From IMG/VR virus record IMGVR_UViG_3300031519_004866: a DNA stretch of 64,000 nt, one strand, 5' to 3'. Positions 7,502-16,191 of the stretch are shown in pieces. The notes beneath the pieces are model-generated. The model had not been told where the DNA came from and searched no databases. It worked only from the letters and a program-made list of their open reading frames with translations. Position 1 is the first letter of the stretch, and every line of letters begins with the position of its first letter. This stretch comes from a virus. Made by a program: the position numbers and the translations under genes.

Positions 7502-7942
7502 TTAAGAGCCATTTATTTTTTGTAGTGCCTCTGTTAAGACCTTCGAACTGCCTACTCTTACATTGATTATGCCATTATAGTAATCGTTAGTTTCTAGTAC
7601 TCTACGATCAAATTGTTCTTTAGCCTCTAAGTAGCTTAACACGCCTCTGCTGGGACAATAATGAATTATTTCCCGGGTAAACTTATCTTTGCCTAATTTT
7701 TCTACGTCTGCAAGTAAGTTATCTGATGATCCCCAATAGGTTTTCCAATCACTTTCCTTGTACCCACGTCTTTTATTCTTTCTGCCTTTTAGCGGTGGTT
7801 TAGTAGTTTTAAACTTTGCTAATTTCTTGCCTATATATTTGCGATCGTTAGTTAGGTTTGTAATCAAATATACAAAACCTTCACATCCTTCCGGAAGTGT
7901 TTCAACTATTTTGTTCTGGAATGTCCATTGTGGGGTCGTCAT
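7502..7942 (-). CDS. Stand-alone GIY-YIG endonuclease domain protein
   Basis: GFVYLITN...KYIGKK, a conserved Glu (YLEAKEQF) and Asn (YYNG). 146 aa with no appended DNA-binding module. Confidence 0.8.
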   Translation of the reverse strand: MTTPQWTFQNKIVETLPEGCEGFVYLITNLTNDRKYIGKKLAKFKTTKPPLKGRKNKRRGYKESDWKTYWGSSDNLLADVEKLGKDKFTREIIHYCPSRGVLSYLEAKEQFDRRVLETNDYYNGIINVRVGSSKVLTEALQKINGS

Positions 7943-8174
7943 CAGTAGTACTTACTTTCTTGGGTCTACCGATCATGCCCTTTCTGGCTACTTTCCTATC
8001 TGTACGCTTATCTTGTATTTCTAATCTCCTAGTACTTGCATGTTTTCGTATTTCGCTTAACCAAAAACGTGCCTTGATGCCAGCCTCATCACTATCATGA
8101 TATTCAAAACGATCTTGCCACTTAAAGTAGTTTTGAAACGCTTCAATCATTTTATCATGAGAGTCTGTAGCCAT
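7902..8174 (-). CDS. Small basic helical protein, histone H1-like Hc1-type
   Basis: AGIKARFWLSEIRKHASTRRLEIQ resembles the Hc1-like AGxRARKxLxELxK pattern, followed by a basic RKVARKGMIGRPKK tail. Confidence 0.5.
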   Translation of the reverse strand: MATDSHDKMIEAFQNYFKWQDRFEYHDSDEAGIKARFWLSEIRKHASTRRLEIQDKRTDRKVARKGMIGRPKKVSTTDDDPTMDIPEQNS

Positions 8175-8176
8175 AG

Positions 8177-9952
8177 CTATTCCACAATTTCAACATCATT
8201 GCTATAAGATGTAAATCCGTTTTCTTTGATTACTTTAAGTACATGATTAACACGACTGGTTAAGTCATCTCTATGACTAATCAAGAATACATTCTTTGAT
8301 CTTTCTCTAGTCATCTTCTTTAAAATACCAATACTAGACTCAACACCTGCACTATCCATGCCACTATCAACAAGTTCGTCAATGAATAATAAGTTAATGC
8401 TGTGATATAAACTTTCCCACACATCTCTAAATGCCCAGCTCATAGACAAAATAAGTCTATTACGTTCACCACGTGACAGGTTATCGAAGTCTAAGTCTTG
8501 TCCTAGCTGTGTAATTGTAACATTTAAATCATTTTGAAATTCTACAATGTGTGGCAGACCAATTTTACTTAGATAAAATGTAATTCGCTGATTTAAGTAT
8601 GCAAGGTTCTGCTCAATAATTTTCTTACGAACAAAACTGTCTTTGTTTGTTAACAGTTTATATAAAAACTCTTGATGATCTTTAACTTTTGTTAATTCAT
8701 TTAACAGATCAAAACTTACTTCTTGAATAGCAGTATCTTGTAACTCTGTAATTTGTTCTGAGTACGGATTAGTTTCGTCTTTCTTTGATTGTAAGTCTTT
8801 AACAAACCCATCAACAGTATTTTTATGACCAAGAGCTTGTTCAAGCGTGTCGTACTGTGTAGGCGGACAAGAAGCTAGTTCTCCAATAGAGTTAACAACG
8901 TCTAAATGTTCTGTCAGCTGTGAACTATTAGTAATAATTTGTAATGCTGCTTCTTTCTTTTGATCTTCTTTTGCTTTTAAAATTTCTGCTTGTTTTTCAT
9001 CATGTAATTCTTGTCCACACGTATGACACTTGTGTTCCTCTAAAAGTTTAATTTCGTTATCAAGTTTAGAGATTGTTTTTTCTTGTTTAGAATCGTCAGC
9101 TTCAATACTAGCTATCCATCGAGTTGCTTCTGCTAATTGAGATTTTTGTTTATTGTATTCTTCTAAACATTTGTGTGCGTCAATCTCAGCTTCAATATCC
9201 ATTTCTTGCAAGATAGTAATACTTTTCTCAAATTGATCAATAGTTTCTTGATTACTGTCGTTCCACATACGCTGTTTGCGTTCTAGAGACTCAATATTTT
9301 GTTGAATCTTTTCGTTAGAAATTTTAACAGTTTCAATTCTAGTATTTTCTGTACCCATAGCATCTTTGTTGCGTTTCATTTCTTCTCGCAATGCATCTGC
9401 TTTTTCAGAAAGTAATGTAATACCTAGTAACTGTTCAATAATTGCTCTTTGATCATTATTTTTTAATGCAAGGAACGGTTCAGTGTATGTGTTTAGTGCA
9501 ACTAAATGCTTAAACATATCATGACTCATACCAAACAAGTCTTCAATTACTTTTTGTGTTTGTCTACTATCGCCTTGACTTTCATCAGCACTTTCTTCAT
9601 GCTCCTCACCGTCAACTGTATATTTTAAAATATTAGGCTTACGCCCTCTTTCAATTTTGTAAGCAATATTATCTTTTTCAAAATTAATAGTAACAAGCAT
9701 TCCTTTGCCGTTAATTTTGTTAATAAGATTATCACGTTTGATGTTTGTTAATGCGCTACCGTATATTGCATAACTTAGTGCGTTAACAATAGTAGTTTTA
9801 CCTGTGCCATTTCTAGAACCGCTATCGTCACCTCCTAGATCTAAGTTTTCACCTAGCACAAGAGTAAGTTCGCCTTTGTCAAAGTTAATTGCTTGAGTCT
9901 GGTTGCCCACACTCATAAAGTTTTTTACGGTTATGTCTTTAATTTTAATCAT
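8177..9952 (-). CDS. gp46-like (Rad50/SbcC) recombination endonuclease ATPase subunit
   Basis: Walker A NGTGKTT, zinc-hook CHTC, signature LSRGE, Walker B LFIDE, H-loop ISH. Confidence 0.95.
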   Translation of the reverse strand: MIKIKDITVKNFMSVGNQTQAINFDKGELTLVLGENLDLGGDDSGSRNGTGKTTIVNALSYAIYGSALTNIKRDNLINKINGKGMLVTINFEKDNIAYKIERGRKPNILKYTVDGEEHEESADESQGDSRQTQKVIEDLFGMSHDMFKHLVALNTYTEPFLALKNNDQRAIIEQLLGITLLSEKADALREEMKRNKDAMGTENTRIETVKISNEKIQQNIESLERKQRMWNDSNQETIDQFEKSITILQEMDIEAEIDAHKCLEEYNKQKSQLAEATRWIASIEADDSKQEKTISKLDNEIKLLEEHKCHTCGQELHDEKQAEILKAKEDQKKEAALQIITNSSQLTEHLDVVNSIGELASCPPTQYDTLEQALGHKNTVDGFVKDLQSKKDETNPYSEQITELQDTAIQEVSFDLLNELTKVKDHQEFLYKLLTNKDSFVRKKIIEQNLAYLNQRITFYLSKIGLPHIVEFQNDLNVTITQLGQDLDFDNLSRGERNRLILSMSWAFRDVWESLYHSINLLFIDELVDSGMDSAGVESSIGILKKMTRERSKNVFLISHRDDLTSRVNHVLKVIKENGFTSYSNDVEIVE

Positions 9953-10971
9953 AGATTACGTCCGAGGTCCCTATATATCTCCATTAGCATTCGTTTGTCA
10001 ATAGTATCGCTATCAATTGCTTCGATTTGATTTAGTACAATAGTATCTACACTTTCAAATGTAAGATCAATTGGATCAACATTCGAGTCTACTTCTACCT
10101 TTTCGGGTATAAGCATAAGCTCTCTAAGATTGTATTGCGGTATAAATGTTTCTCGAATAAAATTAGCTTCTTCAAAACTAATAGGAACATCAATTGTAAC
10201 ACGACAATGCATATTTTCTGATAGGCTATTATCGGGATCTTCAAGTAGCTGACTAAGTTTAAATGTTCTAAACACTGGCTGCTTAGGCCAAGTTTTATAT
10301 TCAGGTGTACCGCCCCAATCTAAAAACATCATTCCTCGATCATCGTCCCATGCATCTGCATAGTTGTGAGGGAAAGCATTACCCATGTAAGTAACGTTGC
10401 CTTTAGTTTGGCGTTTGTGGAAGTGTCCACTGAATACATATTCTTGATTAATAAAATGTTCTGCTTGGAGTGTTCCGTGATCAGGCATCTGCACCAATGC
10501 ATTCATATAAAATAATGGCAATTCAAAATGTCCAAAAATATATCTGCTTTGTATCTTAGGAACTGTTTTCCACTCTTCGCCGATTAGCCAAGGTAACATT
10601 GTTACTTCGCCTTCGGTGTATATTTCAGTAATTGGAATAATGTTTGGAAACAGCCGCATAAACTCAATAGAGTTAATTTCACGTTTGTCTTTGTAAAATA
10701 AATCATGGTTACCAACCATAAAGTATACTTTTTCAAAAGTTTCGTTTAATCTTTCGAGATTAGATACAGTATAGTTCATTGTACTTACATCTGTAGTTGC
10801 ACGGTTATGGTGCCAATCTCCTAAGAAGATACAGGTTTCTGCACCGGCAGCTTTAGCTTCCTTGCAAAACCATTTTACAAATTCTTCACAATCATTGTTG
10901 TGCGTCCTGCTTCCGCCCTTCATACCAAAATGTATATCGGTGAAACAAGCAGCTTTTTTAAATAACGGCAT
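9949..10971 (-). CDS. gp47-like (Mre11/SbcD) recombination endonuclease nuclease subunit
   Basis: Metallophosphoesterase motifs TDIHFG, LGDWHH, GNHD, GHF, GHFH. Confidence 0.95.
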   Translation of the reverse strand: MPLFKKAACFTDIHFGMKGGSRTHNNDCEEFVKWFCKEAKAAGAETCIFLGDWHHNRATTDVSTMNYTVSNLERLNETFEKVYFMVGNHDLFYKDKREINSIEFMRLFPNIIPITEIYTEGEVTMLPWLIGEEWKTVPKIQSRYIFGHFELPLFYMNALVQMPDHGTLQAEHFINQEYVFSGHFHKRQTKGNVTYMGNAFPHNYADAWDDDRGMMFLDWGGTPEYKTWPKQPVFRTFKLSQLLEDPDNSLSENMHCRVTIDVPISFEEANFIRETFIPQYNLRELMLIPEKVEVDSNVDPIDLTFESVDTIVLNQIEAIDSDTIDKRMLMEIYRDLGRNL

Positions 10972-10987
10972 TTTTACTCCTTAATAT

Positions 10988-11016
10988 ATAGTAACACATA
11001 TAAAACAGTGTGTCAA
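10988..11016 (-). promoter_or_regulatory. Sigma70-type promoter for gp47/gp46
   Basis: TTGACA-17 nt-TACTAT with an extended -10 TG, followed by an AAGGAG RBS. Confidence 0.75.
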
Positions 11017-11838
11017 CTATTTTTTCGGTTCTTTTCCGGTGTCTTGATTTTGTCTAGACCAGCTAGGATTCATACCGTTCATTTCTAAAATGTCATCACG
11101 TATATTTTGATTACGTTTTTCAATGTTAATGATTCTTACAAAACTATTAGTAACAGCAGCAGTATAATATGCAAACGGATTATTAGATTTTGATTCATCA
11201 AATTGTAGTCCGATTTGTGCTAGTTGTAGAATTGCTTGACCCTTCATTTCGTCGTTGTATGTGTAACCACGAACGTTTCCTCGAGTTGCATAACGATCAC
11301 ATAGCTTCATAAACATTCTTGCTAGGTCATTAGTCATCTGTCCACAGCCTTTATCAAAATAACCGTTTTCCATTCCGCCAACCCAATGGCTTTTTCCTAC
11401 ACAGATTAAATTGTCCTTGTCATCAAACTTCCAATGTTGAAAGGGTGGAAAGTTTACTTTCTCGTGATGATCAGCAACTGTCTTCTTAGTCTTTTTGCGA
11501 AGAAGGTCTTCCGGCACATGCTCGAATGTCATAATACGAAACACTAAATCTTCTTTTTGCATTTTCCTATAATCAATTTCAAATTCTTTTGCAGGTATCT
11601 TCTTACCACGTTCTTTTACAGCAGCCGCATGTGCTTGTTGGCTCAATCGTTTAGCACGAGCCCTTTTTGCATCGGCAACAGTTCTAATGTTAATTTTATC
11701 TAATGAAGGTAATATAAGGTCGTATTGACCATATGAATCATCAGTATATGAACAGAATGTTGCTTTACTGCGGTGTATTTCAGCTAATAAGTCTTTATTT
11801 GTAAGGTATAGCACCTTTTTTGGTTGCCCAATTGTCAT
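11017..11838 (-). CDS. gp55-like late transcription sigma factor
   Basis: YLTNKDLLAEI N-terminus and YTYNDEMKGQAI...KSNNPFAYYT, located next to gp47 as in T4-like genomes. Confidence 0.85.
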   Translation of the reverse strand: MTIGQPKKVLYLTNKDLLAEIHRSKATFCSYTDDSYGQYDLILPSLDKINIRTVADAKRARAKRLSQQAHAAAVKERGKKIPAKEFEIDYRKMQKEDLVFRIMTFEHVPEDLLRKKTKKTVADHHEKVNFPPFQHWKFDDKDNLICVGKSHWVGGMENGYFDKGCGQMTNDLARMFMKLCDRYATRGNVRGYTYNDEMKGQAILQLAQIGLQFDESKSNNPFAYYTAAVTNSFVRIINIEKRNQNIRDDILEMNGMNPSWSRQNQDTGKEPKK

Positions 11839-11885
11839 CAGTTAGTTCTCCAGTTGTATAAGTAATATAATAGCACATTATTCCG

Positions 11886-11895
11886 TAAATAAATA
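11886..11895 (+). promoter_or_regulatory. Late promoter for the baseplate operon
   Basis: TAAATAAATA about 30 nt upstream of ATG 11923. Confidence 0.6.
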
Positions 11896-11922
11896 GTATT
11901 ATTAAGAGGAAATATTACCAAA

Positions 11923-13068
11923 ATGGCATTACCTAAAATAGCACCACTAGCAATACTTGTAGCCGGCGTAGCCGTAGCTGTTGACCAACAACAAAAAGCA
12001 GCACTGAAACAAGTGCCCGATGCTGCTAAAGAAGCACTAGACAAAGCAAACAGTTTGCGTAACGGCGACATTGGATCTGCGTTAAACCAAGCAACTTCGG
12101 ACATGCAAGGTTTTGCTTCCACTGTTGGCGGCAATGTTTCAGGAGCACTTGATACTGTGTCTACTAAGTTAGGCGCAGGCAGTATATCAGATTTTGCTAC
12201 TGATGTTGGCACTGGTGTTAGCAATGCATTTAGTTCCGGCGTAGATGCGTTAGGAACAGTCAATAAAGTGTCCGGCAGTTTAAGCGAAATTTCATCTACT
12301 ATATCTAAATTAGGTATTGGCGGCGACTTAGCAAGTGGTTTCCAAGATGCGGCTGCACGGGTCGGTGCTGCTGCTGGTGTTTTAAATAATTTGTTAAGTC
12401 TCAAAAGAGGTATAAATCTCCCCGCAGGTGGCGAACTGTTTCAAACAGATGCCCCAGGTATTAAAATGTCAGCTACTAATCCTAATGATTGGCGTGTAAG
12501 GATTAAAGCCCCTTTTGATCTATTTGGTAGTAACCCATTATTTGATATGTTAAAAGAGACTGACGGTGTTGTATTTCCATACTTGCCAGAAGTAACATTC
12601 TCCACATCCGCAAATTACACACAAATTGATCCTGTTCATAATAATTATCCTTATCAGGCTTACAAGAACTCACAAGTGGACGCAATTAGCATTGCAGGCA
12701 AGTTTACAGCTGAAAGCGAAAAAGATGCACTATATTGGATTGCAGCAACTACGTTCTTTAAAACGTCAACGAAGATGTTTTTTGGTCAAGGAGCAAATCA
12801 AGGTAACCCACCAATTATATGTAAGCTGAATGGATACGGTGCAAATGTGTTTAACGATGTACCTGTGGTAGTTAAATCCTTTAGCGTAGACTTTCCAACT
12901 GATGTTGATTACATTCAGTGTAACTCTGCTTCACAGGGAGCTAAGCCAACATGGGTACCTAGACAAAGTACTATTTCAATAGAAGTACAACCAATTTACA
13001 ACAGAACAAAAATGAGACAATTTAGTTTAGAATCGTATGCCAACGGTACACTGAAGGGGTATGTATAA
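11923..13068 (+). CDS. Tail tube initiator / baseplate tube cap (gp48/gp54-like)
   Basis: C-terminal tube-like domain (VVFPYLPEVT...AYKNSQVDAISIAGKF...NPPIICKLNGYG...VVKSFSVDFP) and position first in the baseplate module. Confidence 0.6.
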   Translation: MALPKIAPLAILVAGVAVAVDQQQKAALKQVPDAAKEALDKANSLRNGDIGSALNQATSDMQGFASTVGGNVSGALDTVSTKLGAGSISDFATDVGTGVSNAFSSGVDALGTVNKVSGSLSEISSTISKLGIGGDLASGFQDAAARVGAAAGVLNNLLSLKRGINLPAGGELFQTDAPGIKMSATNPNDWRVRIKAPFDLFGSNPLFDMLKETDGVVFPYLPEVTFSTSANYTQIDPVHNNYPYQAYKNSQVDAISIAGKFTAESEKDALYWIAATTFFKTSTKMFFGQGANQGNPPIICKLNGYGANVFNDVPVVVKSFSVDFPTDVDYIQCNSASQGAKPTWVPRQSTISIEVQPIYNRTKMRQFSLESYANGTLKGYV

Positions 13069-13367
13069 TGGCTGTATATAATAATAACTCACCGTATGCA
13101 ACAACAAGTCAAAATTCTTTGTATTTAGAATTACTAGATATTAGACCAGTTCCAGCAGAAGATGACGATGTGCTTTACACAATAGAATCGCATTACACTC
13201 ATCGTCCGGATCTACTAGCATTTGATCTTTACGAAGATCCTAAGTTGTGGTGGGTGTTTGTGCAAAGAAATATGGAAGTAATAAAAGATCCTATTTTTGA
13301 TTTTGAAGTAGGAACGCAGATTTATATTCCTAAACACAGTAACCTAAAGAAGCATTTAGGGGTATAG
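13068..13367 (+). CDS. gp53-like / LysM-type baseplate wedge protein
   Basis: YTHRPDLLAFDLYEDPKLWWVF...DPIFDFEVGTQIYIP. Confidence 0.8.
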   Translation: MAVYNNNSPYATTSQNSLYLELLDIRPVPAEDDDVLYTIESHYTHRPDLLAFDLYEDPKLWWVFVQRNMEVIKDPIFDFEVGTQIYIPKHSNLKKHLGV

Positions 13368-13368
13368 A

Positions 13369-16191
13369 ATGGCAATACGCGAAATAACAGATGCTATAAC
13401 CGGCAGAAAGATTAAAGTAGATACTAATAAACCTGGTGGTACTGACAATCCTTTTAAAAATACAGCAGATTATTATGCTTGGATCCGTGCTGGCAAACCT
13501 AACGATTGGCCGCCAAGTGTCGCAAACCGAGTACAAGATGCTGGTGGTAATTGGCTTCGTCCTAAGCTAAGACCAGATGGGTTGAAAGTTCTTGATACTA
13601 TTGAGTCACAAGCTACTAATATTAAAACAGGAATAGCGACTATCAAAGACTCACTTGAAACAAACAATGGAGCTTCTGCGTTTATTGACAAACATATGAA
13701 CAAGAACTCTGCAGGTAAATCAGAAAGTGGCGAAGTAACTAACGTTGGAGAGCCTAGCAAAAAAGCAACTAGAACTTTGCCTAATATTGTTGAGAATCCG
13801 TTAGAACAGTTTGCTTCAATGACACCGTTATGGACTCTTGCAGTTCTAACATCGGATCAGTTTAACAAGCCTGATAGCTATAGATCAGGAGACTTATCAT
13901 TTGCAAAGCATAAGCAAAACATTTTTATTCCAGGCGGCAAAGACAAATCTAGAACATTTGAGTCAGGAATTATATTTTCATCTGCAGGACGTGGCGATGA
14001 TGCACGAGTAAAAACAGCATCCGGCGTACCTGAATTTTTTATTGACAACTTTAGAATGTCAGCAGCAATTAGTGCTAGTGAAAAAACTGGTAATACAAAT
14101 GCGCTGAATTTTGACTTTGATATTTTTGAACCATATAGTATGGGACTATTATTAGAGTCTATGCAAGTTGCTGCTATTAAAGCTGGCTGGCCAAACTATC
14201 TTGATGCACCGTATCTTTTAAAACTTGACTTTCAAGGCTTTGACGAAGACATGGCAAAACGCTCATCAGTAAAATCAAAATACTTTGTTCTAAAATTTAA
14301 AACAGTAACATTTGACACCAACGAATCAGGTAGCTCGTATAAAGTGTCAGCATTTCCGTATAACCACATTGGTTACTTAGATACTATTAATATGTTGTTT
14401 AACGACATTAATATTTCTGCTCCTAACAAAGGAACAGTTGAAGAAATGTTAAAGTCTGGTCCTAACAGTTTAGAAAAAGTTTTAAATGATAACGAGCTAT
14501 CTCTTATTACAGCAGGCAAGTATTCAGTGCCAGACGAGTATATAATTGAATTTCCTGAAAAGTCAGGAGACTGGGTTACTGCTCAAAAGAAAGATTCAAA
14601 TAATTCTAATAAAGGTGCAACTGATAAATCTTCATCAAGTACAACAGTTGTTGGTGGAGGCGGACAAGTAACTAAAACTGCATTTGGTACAAACCCTATT
14701 GGCAAAGCCTCGTTTGGATTTGATGCAGAGCAAGGCGGCAACTTTAACTTTTCTAGAGCAGGCGATGCATACAATGAAGAAACTGGCAGAGTTGACAGAT
14801 TTAAAATGTCAATTAATCAAAAGTCTAGAGAATTCTTGTTTACACAGAAGCAGCCGCTAACAGATGTTATAACACAAGTAATTTTAAGTTCGAAATATGC
14901 AGTTGACGCTATCAGCGGAACCCAAGCATCAAATAATCTAACACCAGAAGGTTATATTAAATGGTTTAGGATTGATATTCAAGTTGAGTTTTTAGGGTAC
15001 GATGTACAAATAGGTGATTTTGCAAAACGATACACTTATAGAGTTGTGCCTTATTTTGTTCATCAGAGTATATTTAAAACTCCTGGGTCAGCAGTTAATA
15101 CATTAGCCCTTCAAAAAACAATTGCCAAACATTATCAGTATCTCTATACAGGACAAAATACTGATGTTTTAAAATTTGATATTCAAATTAATAACTTATT
15201 CTTTACAGGCACTGATCCAACTAATCCTGCAAATACTTCAAGTGAACAAAATCAGGATCAACGTTTTACTGTGTCATCACCACCCGTAGGAACTAACACA
15301 CCTAAGCCTACTAACAGCGAAGCAACAGCAGGTAATCTTGGTAAAACAAAAACTAAGAGAGACATTGCTGCAATGTTAAACCGACAGGGCGGTAGTGGAT
15401 TTAAAGATGTTGAAAAAACAGTTGCTGATAGCTTTCAAAAAGCATTTACACAAAACGGAACAACAGACTTAGTTAAATTAGATTTAGAAATTTTAGGCGA
15501 TACATACTGGCTAGTTGACAGTGGAATTGGAAATTATGTTGCATCCTCCAAGCCACGTTCAATGACAACCGGTGACGGATCGGCTAATTATGAAGGACAA
15601 GACGTTTACATTTACCTTTCATTTAGAACTCCAATTGATGTTAATACAGAAAGTGGACTTTATGATTTTAAAAATTCAGCACCTAGTCCTTTTAGTGGAG
15701 TATACAAAGTAATTAAAGTTGATAGCGAATTTAGAGCAGGTAATTTTACACAGACCTTAAAATGCTTAAGAATGCAACAACAAGAAGTTGACTTTAACGG
15801 CCAGTTACCAAAAGGCGCAGATACTAATACACCAGCTGTTGTACTTGGTAATAAAGTTCCTGAGAAAACTAACATAACACAGCAGATTGCTACTGCTAAA
15901 GATTGGACAACTTTATCGTTTGACAATTTAATAAACGCATCAAAGCCTGGGGGATCACTTGAAACATCTGCAAATGAATTCTTAAAAAGTTTAGGACTTC
16001 CGACAGGCCCAGCAGGGTCATTAAAACCAGCAAGTTCGGAATCGTTTAAATCTAAACCTAAGTTAATAGAAAAACGTCGACAGGCAAACGGTACTCTTGT
16101 AAACTTTAATATTGATAGATCACAACCGTTTTCAGAATCGTTTGATTCTGAAGGAAACACAATTAGAATTTATGGAGAGATTGTAATATAA
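13369..16191 (+). CDS. Baseplate hub protein (gp27/VgrG-N-like)
   Basis: Lies between the gp53- and gp5-like genes. C-terminal LEILGDTYW...SGVYKVIKVDSEFRAGNFTQTLKCLR is typical of hub proteins. Confidence 0.6.
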   Translation: MAIREITDAITGRKIKVDTNKPGGTDNPFKNTADYYAWIRAGKPNDWPPSVANRVQDAGGNWLRPKLRPDGLKVLDTIESQATNIKTGIATIKDSLETNNGASAFIDKHMNKNSAGKSESGEVTNVGEPSKKATRTLPNIVENPLEQFASMTPLWTLAVLTSDQFNKPDSYRSGDLSFAKHKQNIFIPGGKDKSRTFESGIIFSSAGRGDDARVKTASGVPEFFIDNFRMSAAISASEKTGNTNALNFDFDIFEPYSMGLLLESMQVAAIKAGWPNYLDAPYLLKLDFQGFDEDMAKRSSVKSKYFVLKFKTVTFDTNESGSSYKVSAFPYNHIGYLDTINMLFNDINISAPNKGTVEEMLKSGPNSLEKVLNDNELSLITAGKYSVPDEYIIEFPEKSGDWVTAQKKDSNNSNKGATDKSSSSTTVVGGGGQVTKTAFGTNPIGKASFGFDAEQGGNFNFSRAGDAYNEETGRVDRFKMSINQKSREFLFTQKQPLTDVITQVILSSKYAVDAISGTQASNNLTPEGYIKWFRIDIQVEFLGYDVQIGDFAKRYTYRVVPYFVHQSIFKTPGSAVNTLALQKTIAKHYQYLYTGQNTDVLKFDIQINNLFFTGTDPTNPANTSSEQNQDQRFTVSSPPVGTNTPKPTNSEATAGNLGKTKTKRDIAAMLNRQGGSGFKDVEKTVADSFQKAFTQNGTTDLVKLDLEILGDTYWLVDSGIGNYVASSKPRSMTTGDGSANYEGQDVYIYLSFRTPIDVNTESGLYDFKNSAPSPFSGVYKVIKVDSEFRAGNFTQTLKCLRMQQQEVDFNGQLPKGADTNTPAVVLGNKVPEKTNITQQIATAKDWTTLSFDNLINASKPGGSLETSANEFLKSLGLPTGPAGSLKPASSESFKSKPKLIEKRRQANGTLVNFNIDRSQPFSESFDSEGNTIRIYGEIVI

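Noticed and set aside
11838-12404. 188-aa minus-strand ORF and other antisense ORFs in the structural genes
   Set aside because: Shadow frames of Ala/Gly/Thr-rich structural genes, with no independent coding signal.
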